DNA from: Alphaproteobacteria bacterium | GTDB lineage: Bacteria > Pseudomonadota > Alphaproteobacteria > GCA-2731375 | DNA: 64,000 nucleotides | Direction: 5' to 3' | NCBI GenBank assembly: GCA_965225945.1 | Contig: CBDDBZ010000019.1 | Location: 1-64,000, forward strand | In this document: positions 1 to 10,929 of the stretch, piece after piece | Numbering within the stretch: the stretch's first letter is position 1 | Layout: every line of letters starts with the position of its first letter | Notes under the pieces: generated by a model | Told to the model about the DNA's origin: nothing | The model's database searches: none | What the model saw: only the letters and a program-made list of their open reading frames with translations | Position numbers and translations under genes: made by a program

Positions 1-2
1 CC

Positions 3-516
3 ATGGCGAAGAGACTACCCGGAAGCGAGCGCACGCGTGAAGCCTTGAACGACCTGATCGAAGGGCGCGCCCGCGTGGTCGACGCGAAGAGTGAATTGGT
101 GCGGTTGGCGACGCGGTTGATCATCGAGGAAGGCTTGGAGGCCGAGGTGCGCGACGCCCTGGGCCGGGACTATTACGAGCACGGTTCCGAGCCTGGCCGA
201 GGTTACCGGAACGGTTCGCGCGAAGGTCATCTGAAGACGGCCGAGGGGCGGATCAGGTATGCGGCGCCGCAGGTCGCCGGGACGGACGAACCGTTCCGTT
301 CGGATCTGCGAGCGCAGCTGAAGGGTCATTCCGAGGGCCTGGAGGATTTAGCCGTGGAGATGCTGGCGCGCGGTCTCTCGGTGCGCGACATCGAAGATGC
401 CTTCAGGGAAGAAAGTGGGCGCTTGCTGCTGTCGCGCACGGCGGTCTCGGAGATGGGGGAGCGGCTCTGGGCGGACTACCTCGGCTTCGCCAAGCGCGAC
501 CTTAGCGAGTTCGAAG
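3..516 (+). pseudogene. IS256 transposase, N-terminal part
   Basis: Mutator-family motifs; cut at the IS1595 terminal inverted repeat (TIR). Confidence 0.85.
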
Positions 517-590
517 GGGGATTATAAAGACTACTTGACATTAGCTGACTGACTCCCTATATTCCAAGGTGTTGGAAGGGAGACACGGAC

Positions 591-1570
591 ATGACGCAGA
601 AAGCCCCAGGCAAAGCCCATCGCGAAGGCGTTACGCTGGTCCAGCTCATGGACATGTTCCCGGATGAGGCTGCCGCGACGGCATGGTTCGAGTCCGTTAT
701 CTGGCGTGACGGCGAGCGGCATTGCGGCAAGTGCGGGAGCGTTCGGACGCGCGAAGTCCCGAACGCCAAACCGATGCCCTATTGGTGCTCTGACTGCCGG
801 TCGTATTTCAGCGTCCGCACCGGAACGCCGATTGCCCGCTCCAACGTCCCCGCTTCGCAAGTGGGCCATCGCCATCTACTTGTGCCTTACCAGCCTTAAA
901 AGCGTCGCCAGCATGAAACTGTCCCGCGATATCGGCGTATCCCAGCCTACAGCTTGGTTCATGTTGCACCGTATCCGTGAAGCGTGGGCGGGCGAGAACG
1001 GCGAACCTTTCGACGGCCCGGTCGAGGTAGACGAAACTTACTTTGGCGGCAAGCGCAAGAACATGAGCAAGGCCAAGCGCAAAGAGTTGGCGGGCACCGG
1101 ACGTGGTGCAGTTGGCAAGACCGCCGTTGTTGGTATGAAAGACCGCGACAGCAACAAAGTGACGGCCCGTGTCGTTGACGACACAGATGGCCAGACATTG
1201 CAGGGGTTCGTCGCGGATCACGCCGCGTCCGATGCCAAGGTCTACACGGACGATCATGGCTCCTATAAGGGGCTGACTTTCGACCACGAAACCGTCAAAC
1301 ACAGCGTTGGCGAGTACGTTGACGGCATGGCGCATACCAAACGGTATTGAAAGCTTCTGGAGCATGCTCAAGCGCGCCCACAAAGGAACCTTCCACAAGA
1401 TCAGTCCGAAGCCTCTTGACCGTTACGTCCAGGAGTTCGCTGGCAAGCACAACATCCGCGACTCAGGCACTCTTGCCCAAATGCGGGACACTGTTGCCCG
1501 GCTCGTCGGTCGAAACCTTCTCTACCGCGACCTCGTCGCCAGCAACGGGCTTTCCAACGCGGGGCGGTAG
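591..1570 (+). pseudogene. IS1595 transposase (Zn-ribbon + DDE), two apparent frameshifts near 850 and 1340
   Basis: CGKCGS..CSDC ribbon, VEVDETY, VYTDD, NGIESFWS and KGTFHKIS motifs spread over ORFs 591-899, 664-1350 and 1307-1570. Confidence 0.88.
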
Positions 1571-1738
1571 CGGCTCGGTTCGGCGAAAGAGCGCCTTCGC
1601 CAGTTTCTCCGGGGTCGCACCCTTCAGGTGCACCGCCGGGTCGAGAACAGGGACGCCTCGGGTCATTGTGCGGCCCTCCATTCGGCCATCGTCTTGTTGC
1701 CCGTGCTCTGGGCCGCTGGCGAAGTTGGGTCTAGTCAT
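1463..1738 (-). CDS. Small hypothetical ORF antisense to the IS1595 transposase 3' end
   Basis: ORF overlaps the upstream passenger's stop (1731-1738). Likely start at 1666 or 1738. Confidence 0.35.
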   Translation of the reverse strand: MTRPNFASGPEHGQQDDGRMEGRTMTRGVPVLDPAVHLKGATPEKLAKALFRRTEPLPPRVGKPVAGDEVAVEKVSTDEPGNSVPHLGKSA

Positions 1739-2135
1739 CTGATCTGAATCTCAGATTGGGATCTCTCATAATATTCCTCGCCACCTTCAGATTGCCGTCT
1801 TTACATGAATCAATCAGCAGCGCCATATAGTGAAGCCAAATCCTTACCGTGTCGGCGTCTATTTCAGGACAGTCAATGTTAAACGTTCCTGTGATGCGTT
1901 CCACGTCTCGTTTTGCCAAGTAGTGATTATGCGTAAATCCGTCAGGAGAGACGTCAGAACTTTCGAGAACTCGAAATATATCCGCTAGTTTCCATGAGAA
2001 CGTCCAAAAGAGAGTGCGATCGAAACACGGACACCGATGCAGGCGGAGCATTAATAAGAAGCGCCTCACGACCGCCCCCACCTCTTTGACCGTAAATGGG
2101 GAGGGATGCCTCGGTTCCAAACATCCGTCCATCAT
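1731..2135 (-). CDS. Hypothetical passenger protein (134 aa) inside the IS1595 element
   Basis: Uninterrupted lower-GC ORF between the transposase and the right TIR. Confidence 0.6.
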   Translation of the reverse strand: MMDGCLEPRHPSPFTVKEVGAVVRRFLLMLRLHRCPCFDRTLFWTFSWKLADIFRVLESSDVSPDGFTHNHYLAKRDVERITGTFNIDCPEIDADTVRIWLHYMALLIDSCKDGNLKVARNIMRDPNLRFRSDD

Positions 2136-2177
2136 GCGGATTTCCCCGCAGGGCGTCAAGTAGCATTCATAATCCCC

Positions 2178-2729
2178 ATTTGTTTTCCCAGGAGCGCGCG
2201 CCAACGCTGCCTCGCGCACCGGATGAGGAACTTGGCGGCGAAGGTGCCCGAGGATCTCTGGCCGGAGTTCAAGGCCCGCGCCCAAGCGGCCTACCAGGCC
2301 CCCTCGCGCGCCATCGCCCGCGATCTGGCCGAGGGCGTGGTGCGTGACTGGGAGCGCGAGCTGCCCTCGGCGGTGGCCTGTTTCCTGGATGATTTCGAGG
2401 CCTGCATCGCGCACCTGCGCATGCCGGTCAATCACCGCCGGGCGATCCGCACCACCAACCTGCTGGAGAGATTGTTCGGGGAGGAGCGCCGGCGCTTGAA
2501 GATCATCCCCAACGCCTTCGGCGAAAAGGCGGTACTGAAGCTCATGTTCGGTGCCATGAGCCGCGCCGCCGAGCGATGGAAAGCAGTCAAGGTCACCGTC
2601 TTCGAGCGGCGCCAGATGGACGCCGTCAGGAAGGAACTCGATCAGGAATACCAAGCCCAGCTGGAACTACCAGAACAGGCCTCGACGGAGGCAACCCCGG
2701 AGAAAATTCCCAGCAGAATCCGGACTTGA
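2178..2729 (+). pseudogene. IS256 transposase, C-terminal part
   Basis: ICFPRSARQRCLAH...IRTTNLLERLFGEERRR. Confidence 0.85.
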
Positions 2730-2828
2730 CCATCTTCGAGATTGGTCATTGATCTGGACCGAGGATGGTTTTGCCATCGAGGTGCGGCTGGACATAGGAT
2801 CTGATCCGGCACAGAGGTGGAGGGTATC

Positions 2829-3120
2829 ATGGTCGCATTATGCAGTTGGTCTCTTTAAGATGCATGACCGATCGTGGATAGAAGACTACAAGGATCCCGT
2901 GGCGGCATTGATCGCGAAGCATGGGGGACGCTACCTTGCGCGCGCAAGAGACTCGCCGTGGGAGATGTTGGAAGGCACGCAGCCAGATATCACGGCCATC
3001 AATATTATCGAATTTCCTAATATGGAGGCCGCCCGTGCCTGGCATAGCGACATCGAGTACCAGCCCTTCATCAAATTGAGGCAAGGGCTCCCAGATGGAT
3101 ATGATGCTCGTCCAAGGTAG
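2829..3120 (+). CDS. DUF1330-family protein (frameshifted near both ends; pseudogene or sequence error)
   Basis: KHGGRYLAR...IIEFPNMEAARAWHSDIEYQPFIKLR is typical of DUF1330. Confidence 0.75.
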
Positions 3121-3330
3121 CGACGAATAATTCAGTTCGCGGAACTGTCGTTATCTGGATTTCTCGTTTCGGTAGGCGATCAAAACGGTGGTTATCGTGA
3201 ATTCACAAAACCCCTTTCAAAACATAGAGTTATCCACAGATATGGTAAGAGGGGCAAAACCCCGGGCATTTTTTGAGCCGGGGGGATTCTCAGCGGACTC
3301 GAAGTATGAATCAATGGGGCGATGGCCGAA

Positions 3331-4780
3331 GGCGATGTCCCGCCCAATGTTGAAAAGTGCGAGATAGGCATCGTCTGATCGAGAGGCTACGCGGCCACCT
3401 CGATGTCTTCAATGACGGACTTTGCTCCGGCCTTTCTCACCGCCTCCCGCAGGGCGGCGTCAAGGACGGGGAGCTGGCGGTAGGCCTTGAGGCGGCGGAA
3501 GGTCTTTTGCGCCTCCAAGAGGCCGGCGGCGGTCCAACGCAGCGCCATCTCGGCGTTGCGCCAGCGCTTGACGTTCCGCTGCACCGTCCGGACGGTGCCG
3601 ATCGCGTTCTCGATGGCGTTGGTGCAAGCCAGCGAGCGTCGAAGTTGCGGCGGGAGGCCGAGCCGGATCACCGTCAGGATCTCGTCCAGGCCCTCCAGGA
3701 TCGAGCCCGAGACGCCGGGTGCGTCATGCTCCAGACGGCGGGCGAGGTTGCGCAAGAGCCGTTCGGCCTTGGCCGCGTCGTCCTGCTGCCAGGCCTGCCG
3801 CAAGACCTTCCTGACGCCGGCATGGAGGCTCTCGTCCAGCCGGTCCGTGATGTTGCGCCCCTTGTGCACCTGGCAGCGCTGGAGGGCCGCCGCCCGCCCG
3901 AAGGTCCGCCGGATCGCCTTCGAGAGCGCCTTGGCGCCGTCGACGATGTAGAGCCGAGGCCGTTCGGGATCGAGACCGCGCTCGATCAGGTGTCGAGCAT
4001 GGCTTGCACCGTGGCCGCGTTCTCCGTCGCGCCCTCGGCCAGGTCCAGCACGTGCTTCGCGCCGCCGGTGTCGATGCCGATCGCCGCCACCATCAGGTGA
4101 TCGCCGACATGGAGCCCGTCGATCTGGAGCACCACGAGATCGAGATCGTCGAGCGGGCTCGCCAGCCAGGCCTTCAGCTTGCTTCGCGTCAACGCCACGA
4201 AACGGCGCGAGACCGCCGACTTCGAGGTTGCGTCACCCGATGCCGCCGGCAGATCGCCGCCCGCATCGTCCGGCAGGCGCACCGCGCGGGCATACTTGCG
4301 GGTCGAGACGTTGATCACCATCAGATTCATCGCCCAGGCTTGCAAGAGTTCGGGTTCCGACAGCAGCTCCCAACTCGGCAGGCTCATCTCCCGACCCGCG
4401 AAGTCCCGCACCCGAGGGCGCTCGACCTTCACTTTGCCGCCGTGGTAGGCGATCTCGCTCCGGGTCGTGCCCCATCGATGGCCCTTGCGCTCGCCCGAGC
4501 GGGCGTGGCGCGAACCGCACAAGGCTTCCGCGTCCGCCGACATCATCTCGTTCAAAGACTCGAGGCCCGCCAAAAGGCAGAAGCGATCGACGCTCATGCG
4601 CAGATCGTCGAAGGCCTCCGGCATCGATGGCAAGAGCCGACAGGATGGTTCCGAGGAACGGTCGTTGCGTGTAGTCTTGGTCATGGCGTCGTTCTCCTTG
4701 ATGGAATCAGCACCCAGAGCCTAGCGGCTCCAGGCGGACGACGCCTACTTCAGCTTTTCAACAGAGCCCGGGACATCCCC
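3331..4780 (-). mobile_element. IS256-family element (type B), complete, 9-bp TSD ATGGCCGAA
   Basis: Ends GGCGATGTCCCGCCCAATGTTGAAAAG and CTTTTCAACAGAGCCCGGGACATCCCC. TSD at 3322-3330 and 4781-4789. Confidence 0.92.
3387..4684 (-). pseudogene. IS256 type B transposase (frameshifted in this copy)
   Basis: LQIDG, EGATEN and CTNAIEN motifs. The copy at 63263 reads through the site that is shifted here near 3990. Confidence 0.85.
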
Positions 4781-6283
4781 ATGGCCGAATCGCTCCCGGA
4801 TATTGAGGCCCTGAGCCTGGACGACCTCAAGCGGTTGGTGCTCCGGCAATTGGAGGAGGTCGCGCGTCTGCGAGTGGAGAACGCGGCCTTGCGCGAGGAG
4901 ATCGCGCGGCTGAAAGGGCTCAAGGGGCGGCCCAAGATCAAGCCGAGCGGCATGGAGAAGAAGGCGGCCGAACGACGCAAGACCCAAGGAACGGCGCCAA
5001 CAGGCCCGCCGGGGCAAGAAGAACGCGCGGCTGCGTATCGACGAGGAGCGCATCCTTGTGGCCGAGGTTCCGCCGGGCTCGCGCTTCAAGGGCACCGAGC
5101 CCTACGTGGTCCAAGATCTCTTGGTGCGCCCATATACCCTGCGCTACCACCGGCAACGCTGGGTGACGCCGTCGGGAGAGACGGTGATAGCGGCCTTGCC
5201 AGCGGGGGTGAAGGGCCACTTCGGGTCGGAGTTGCGCCGCTTCGTGGTGGACCTCTACCACCAGGGCCAGACCACGGTGGCGCGTCTGGTGGCCTTGCTC
5301 AGCGATATCGGGGTGGCGATCTCCAAGCGCCAGGTGATGCGGCTCCTGAACGAGGACCAGGCGTGCTTCACCGGCGAGGCGGGCGCGGTTCTGCGCGCCG
5401 GCCTGGAGACCGCGGCCTGGGTCAGCGTGGACGACACCGGCGCCCGCCATCGGGGCGCGCAACGGCGTGTGCACGCAGATCGGCAACGACCATTTCGCCT
5501 GGTTCGCCACCGGCTTTTCCAAGAGCCGGCGGAACTTCCTGGAACTGCTGCGGGCCGGTCACGAAGACTACCTGGTCAATGACGCGGCCTTGGCCTACAT
5601 GCGCGAACGCCGTCTCGCCGGCCCCCTCGTCGCCCGTTTGGAAACGGCCCGGGTGCGCCGCTTTGCCGACGAGAGGATCTGGATGAGCCACCTGAAGGCC
5701 TTGGGGATCACGGACCTCGAGGTCCAGCCCGATCCGGTCAAGATCGCCACCGAGGGCGCGCTCTGGGGCTCCCTTACTGACCACGGCCTGCTCAAAGACA
5801 GCGTCATCCTCAGCGACGACGCCGGCCAGTTCAACGTCGGCCATCACGCGCTCTGCTGGGTCCACGCCGAGCGCTTGGTCCATAAGCTGGATTGTTTCAC
5901 TCAGGCGCAGGCGCAAGCGAAAGAACGGATCCGGACCCGGATCTGGTGGCTCTACGCGGACCTCAAGGCCTACCGCGAAGACCCGCGCCGGCGACGAAGA
6001 CGCGAGCTTCGCCGGCGCTTCGACGATATCTTCACCAGGCGCACCGGCTTCGCCACCCTCGATCGCCTGCTCGCCCGGCTCCATGGCAACAAGGAAGAGT
6101 TGCTGCTGGTGCTCGAGCGCCCCGAGGTGCCGCTCAACACCAACGGCTCGGAGAACGACATCCGCTGCCAGGTGACCCGCCGCAAGATCTCCGGCGGCAC
6201 CCGATCCGAGGCCGGCCGCGAGGCCCGCGACGCCTTCCTCGGCCTCATGAAGACCTGCGCCAAACAGGGCATCTCCTTCTGGG
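4781..6283 (+). pseudogene. IS66 TnpC transposase, frameshifted and 3'-truncated
   Basis: VSVDDTGARH, ILSDDAGQF, HALCWVHAER, TNGSENDIR and GGTRSEAG motifs. Confidence 0.88.
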
Positions 6284-7030
6284 TGTGGAACGGCGTGCAA
6301 AGTTGACCCCTGTTGAGGGGTGATCGGCGTCCAAATTTGACCCCCTGAGCCTGGCTAGTCCAAGTCACCTCGTTTTTGGGCGGACGAGGTGGTGGGGGAT
6401 GTTGGTCGTGGAGACGATAGCGCGGATCCGGCGGGAGTATTTCGTCAAGGGAAGCCGATCAAGGAGATCGTGCGGGACGTGAAGGTCTCGGGCAACACGG
6501 TGCGCAAGGTGATCCGTTCGCAGGCGACGGCGTTCACCTACGACCGGCGGGTCCAGCCGATGCCGAAGCTGGGGCCGTGGACGGCCGAGCTGGAGCGGAT
6601 GCTGGAGGCCAACGAGACCAAGTCGAAGCGGGAGCGGCTGACGCTGCTACGGATCTCCGAAGCCCTCGAGGGTCTGGGCTATGGCGGCGGCTACGACGCG
6701 GTGCGGCGCTACGCCAAGGCGTGGCGGTGGCGCCGTTCGGCATCGACGGCGCAGACCTATGTGCCGTTGGTGTTCTCGCCGGGCGAGGCCTATCAGTTCG
6801 ACTGGAGCCACGAGTACGTGGTGCTGGCGGGGGTGACGACCAAGGTCAAGGTCGCGCACGTCCGGCTGTGCCACAGCCGAATGTTCTTCGTCCGCGCTTA
6901 TCCGCGCGAGAGCCAGGAGATGGTGTTCGACGCCCACGACCGGGCATTCCGGCTGTTCCAGGGTGCCTGCCGGCGAGGCATCTACGACAACATGAAGACG
7001 GCGGTGCAGACCGTCCTCATCGGCAAAGGA
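6284..7030 (+). mobile_element. istA: IS21-family left end + 5' istA, truncated by IS256 type C
   Basis: TGTGGAACGGCGTGCAAAGTTGACCCC end with an internal repeat; PGEAYQFDWS and RGIYDNMKTAV motifs. Confidence 0.9.
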
Positions 7031-8370
7031 GGCTTGTGTAGCGTGAGGTCTGGAAATTTGGCTTCGCCCCCGCGCCGGGGTATACCCCGGCGCGGGGCGA
7101 TCCGTCATTTTGGTTATCCATGAAAGCGTCCAAACAAACATGGAGAACCAGTATGCGGAAAGACCAGGATAGCGCTGTCGAGGCTTTGGTGGAACAATTG
7201 ATCGAAGGCGGTAGCGAGAACATGGCGACGGTCTTCGCCGGCCTTTTCAATCTCGCCATGCGGATCGAGCGGGAGAGGTTCTTGGGCGCCGGCCACTATG
7301 AGCGCACGCCCGAGCGGCGGGGATACGCCAACGGCACCAGACCCAAGAAGATCGACACCCCGGCCGGTACGGTGAGGCTCGAGGTTCCCAAGACCGCCGG
7401 TCATGAGGCGCCTTTTTACCCCCAAGCCCTGGAGCGCGGACGGCGCTCCTGCCGCGCTGTCATGCTGGCCGTGGCGGAGATGTATATCAAAGGCGTCTCC
7501 ACCCGTGACGCCGAGGCGGTGATGCGCGAGTTCGGCCTGGAGAGCCTGTCGTCGAGCCAGGTCAGCCGCGCCGCCAAGCTCTTGGATGGGGAGCTGGATG
7601 CCTGGCGCAACCGGCCGCTGGGCGAGATCCGCTACCTGCTCCCTCGACGCGCGCTATGAGAAAGTCCGAGAGGGTGGCGTGGTGCGCGACGCCGCCGTGC
7701 TCTCGGTGATCGGCATCGGCCCCGACCAGCGCCGCCGGGTGCTCGGTGTTTCCTGTGCGCTCTCCGAGGCCGAAGTGCACTGGCGCGCCTTCCTGGAGAC
7801 CCTGGTTGCCCGTGGCATGCGCGGTGTCGCCTATATCGTTTCCGATGATCATCCAGGCCTCGGCGCCGCGCGCAAGGCCGTCCTCGGCGGCGCCGTCTGG
7901 CAGCGCTGTCAGTACCATCTGGCTCAAAACGCCATCCATCACGCCCCCAACCTCGCCATCCGAAAGGCCATCGGCAAGGAGCTGCGCCGGGTCTGGAATG
8001 CCGCCGACGGCAAGGCCGCCGAGGCCGAGCTGGGCCATCTGGTGGCGGCCTACCGCGACAGCGCCCCCAAGCTCGCCGATTGGCTGGAGACGGCGATCCC
8101 CGAGGGCCTCGCCGTCTTCGCCCTGCCCGGCGCCACCAAAAGCGCATGCGAACCTCGAACCCCATGGAGCGATCCATCCAGCAGGAGATCAAGCGCCGCA
8201 CCGTAAAGGTCAGGGTCTTTCCCAACGAGGCCTCGCTCGAACGCCTGGTCACCGCCATCCTCGTCGAAATCGACGAGAAATGGGAAACCACCGAAAACCC
8301 TACATCACTTGGAAAGCAGAGGATGACTGATCAACGCGTTCCGAATTTCCACACATCAGGTTGCTCAATC
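7031..8370 (+). mobile_element. IS256-family element (type C), transposase frameshifted, no TSD
   Basis: Near-identical to 51616-53000. Ends GCTTGTGTAGCGTGAGGTCTGGAAATT and AATTTCCACACATCAGGTTGCTCAATC. Confidence 0.9.
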
Positions 8371-8582
8371 TGCAGGGAATAGCCGAACGGGCCAGCCTCA
8401 TAGCAGAAGTGAAGACGCGCGCCGTCCCGCGACAGCTTCTTGCAGAGCGAATAGAGCGCCGTCGGTCGGTACACGATGGTGCCGAAATAATGAACCGCCT
8501 CTCGCGGATCACCCGGCGCGATCCCGACCGAAATCGTCTCCTTCGAAACATCCAAGCCAACAAAGGTGATATCGTCCGTCAT
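8371..8582 (-). pseudogene. IS110-family recombinase, N-terminal (DEDD/RuvC) fragment
   Basis: FVGLDVSKETISV and FCYEAGPFGY motifs; cut by IS256 type C. Confidence 0.88.
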
Positions 8583-8694
8583 GTCCGTCTCCCATGTATG
8601 AGGGTAGGCACGTAAACGCGTGCAACCCTCGAAACTACATGCTGAGGCGGACACCTGGTCCCGGCGTCGAAACCTCAACGGACATAGGGTCTAT
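8580..8694 (-). ncRNA. Candidate IS110 leader structured RNA (bridge/seek RNA-like)
   Basis: Two interrupted hairpins plus a closing stem directly upstream of the IS110 start codon. Confidence 0.55.
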
Positions 8695-8743
8695 CAATGA
8701 CCGAATCGGCCACCGCGGCCCCGACGGAGACTATACCCCCGAT

Positions 8744-9964
8744 CACAGTACACGACTCGTTCATGCTGCTTTGGCCTGGGCACCTGGACTGGTGGTTTTC
8801 CGGGGACGAGGAAACGAATCAGCTCAATGGCTTGACGCCTGTCGATAGGATTGACGAGCTGTCGCCTTATCCACTCGAAACCGTATCGGAAGATGGATTT
8901 TGCCATCCTTTTGTGGTTTTGAGGCGGATCGGCTCGGCCTCGTGGAGCCAATCGCCGACTTTGTGCGCCCAGCAGAAGGTGATGGAAAGGACGGCGGTGA
9001 GCTTGGAGATGCGCTCCGGGTCGGTCATGTGGGTGTCTTCGAGGTTGAAGCCACGGGTTTTCAAGGCGGCGAAGAGGGTCTCGATTTGCCAGCGCTGGGC
9101 GTAGATGGCCAAGGCCTCCTCGGGCGCGTCGTTGGTCACGACGATCAACAGTTCGCCGGTCTTGAGATGGAGCGCGGCGACGAAGACGGGCCTGGCCTTG
9201 GGTTTTCTGGCCTCCGAGAGGCGCCTGGCGTTGGAGAGGATGCGGCTTTCCCCGGGTTTGAGGTCGCGAAACAGCTCCCTCGCCTTGACCATGCGACCAC
9301 GCGTGTTGGCGATCTTGATGTTGGATCGGATGCGGATGTGAAAGGGGATGGCCTTTTCCTGCAACCATGCCAGCCAGGCGTCGCCGATGAATTCCCGGTC
9401 GGCCAGGAGGCTGGCGATCTTGTCGACCCCGAAGAGCCGGAGGACGTGTTCGAGGATCGCGATCCTCTCCTTGGTATTGGAATTGCCCGCCTTGTCGAGC
9501 ACCCGCCAGCACACGGGAATGGCGATGGCGCGGTTGACGATGCCGATCATCAAGGATGTTGACGTCGCGGCGACCCAGCCGCCAGTTGGTCCGGTCCATG
9601 GTCAGCCGCCACGGCCCCGCCTGGAGCCCCATCATCGCGACCAGGAACTCGGCGAGGCGATCGTAATCGAAATCGACTTGCTCGAAAAACCGTTGCAGGC
9701 GCCGATAGTTGGAGCTGGATCGCGCGCGCCCCGGAAAGTGGCAGGCCAAGTGAGAGAGGTTCACCGTCCGGGCGACGAACACGCCGAAGACCAAGACGCA
9801 AAGGCTCTCAGACGGCTCTTGCGAAAGGCGAAGCCGCATCGTAGCGTCTCACGCAGGGCGTTGATCGGGTTGTCTCGCATGATTTCCCTCTTGACTCGTC
9901 GTGGAGTGAATCGGGAATCCTACAACCCTTTCAACGTTCTACGTAAATGCCGTCGTGTACCATG
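8744..9964 (-). mobile_element. IS4-family element, frameshifted transposase, 9-bp TSD ACCCCCGAT
   Basis: TIRs CACAGTACACGAC and GTCGTGTACCATG. TSD at 8735-8743 and 9965-9973. Motifs LTMDRTNW, LLADREFIG, YAQRWQIETLF. Confidence 0.9.
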
Positions 9965-10009
9965 ACCCCCGATAGAAGACATGGGTGGCCCTCGCCGTGC
10001 CGCGTAAGC

Positions 10010-10110
10010 TCACCCCACCGCCGCACGCCTGCCCGGCAGATGGCGGTAGAGCGTGTTCGACGACACGCCTACCCGCTCCGCCACCTCGGCCACCGAGATC
10101 CCCGTTCGCC
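10010..10110 (-). pseudogene. Resolvase-type C-terminal HTH remnant
   Basis: ISVAEVAERVGVSSNTLYRHLPG. Confidence 0.55.
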
Positions 10111-10237
10111 CCCGGCTTCGAACATTCCCAGCCGGTTCCGTCGGCGACGCGCCGACGTCCGAGGAAATCGCCGGCATGATTTCGGAAACGGCGGCCAACC
10201 CTGCCCGACTCCGATATCGCGGCGGCGAGACGGGCGC

Positions 10238-10858
10238 CTAACCGCGCTTGCTCGCGCCGACTTTCTCGAGCAGCTGCTCCAGAACCTCGTAAGGCTGCGC
10301 GCCGACCACGCTATGACTGCCGGCGGCGAATGTCGGGACACCGGTGACACCGATGGCGCGCGAGCGGTTCCAGTCGGCATCGACCGCTTCGCTGTAACGC
10401 CGCTCCTCGAGCGCATTGCGGGCCTCCTGGGCGTCCAGGCCGACGCTCTGGACGATATCGACCAGGACCTCGATGTCGCCGATGTTTCGCACCTCCACGA
10501 AATAGGCCCGGTAAAGTGCGTCATGCAGGGCGTCGCCGCCCTTCTGCGAATCCGCCCAAACGCCGAGTTCCTGCGCCAGACGGCTGTTGTATGTGTGTGT
10601 CCGCTGGCCATAGGGAAGCCCTTCGGCGTCCATCAAGCCTTTCATGCGCTGATACATGGCATCGATGTCGACACCGCGGCCGGCGAAGAGTTGCTCCAGC
10701 GACTGCCCTTCGGCCGGCGTCTCGGGGTGCAGCGGGAAATGAACCCACTTCACCTCGATGTCGAACGTCTCTTTCAGTTTCTCAACACGCCCGGTGCTGA
10801 GGTAGCACCACGGTCAAACGTAGTCCGTGAAGATCTCCAGGGTTACCGACTCGGTCAT
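10238..10858 (-). CDS. DsbA/FrnE-family oxidoreductase, predicted selenoprotein (UxxC)
   Basis: RBS AGGAG, then MTESVTLEIFTDYV-TGA(10814-10816)-PWCYL, in frame with ORF 10238-10753 (FPLHPETP, GVTGVPTF, VVGAQPYE). Confidence 0.88.
10781..10801 (-). promoter_or_regulatory. Bacterial SECIS-like hairpin
   Basis: CUCAGCAC-CGGGC-GUGUUGAG (8-bp stem with one G-U, G-rich loop) starting 13 nt after the UGA. Confidence 0.7.
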
Positions 10859-10929
10859 CGAGGGACTCCTTTCGACTCCAGTGTTTTCACAGGTCGTCGC
10901 CTTTGGGAAGGCCGGCCCAAAGGTGCACA

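Larger units (their letters stand above)
517..2177 (+). mobile_element. IS1595-family element with passenger ORF(s)
   Basis: 23-bp TIRs GGGGATTATAAAGACTACTTGAC (517-539) and GTCAAGTAGCATTCATAATCCCC (2155-2177), 3 mismatches. Flanks differ, so no TSD. Confidence 0.9.
1..2731 (+). mobile_element. IS256-family element (type A), interrupted by an IS1595 element; left end outside window
   Basis: Transposase N-part 3-516 (GYRNG, EMLARGLSVRDI) and C-part 2178-2729 (QRCLAH, IRTTNLLER). The right end lies near the stop codon. Confidence 0.85.
3245..6283 (+). mobile_element. IS66-family element (single-ORF, ISBst12-like), interrupted by IS256 and truncated by IS21
   Basis: Left end starts GTAAG at 3245; transposase follows at 4781. 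Confidence 0.8.

Noticed and set aside
10814-10816. Genome-wide UGA reassignment (code 4/25)
   Set aside because: TGA terminates conserved genes at their expected ends (gph, glmU, BVMO).
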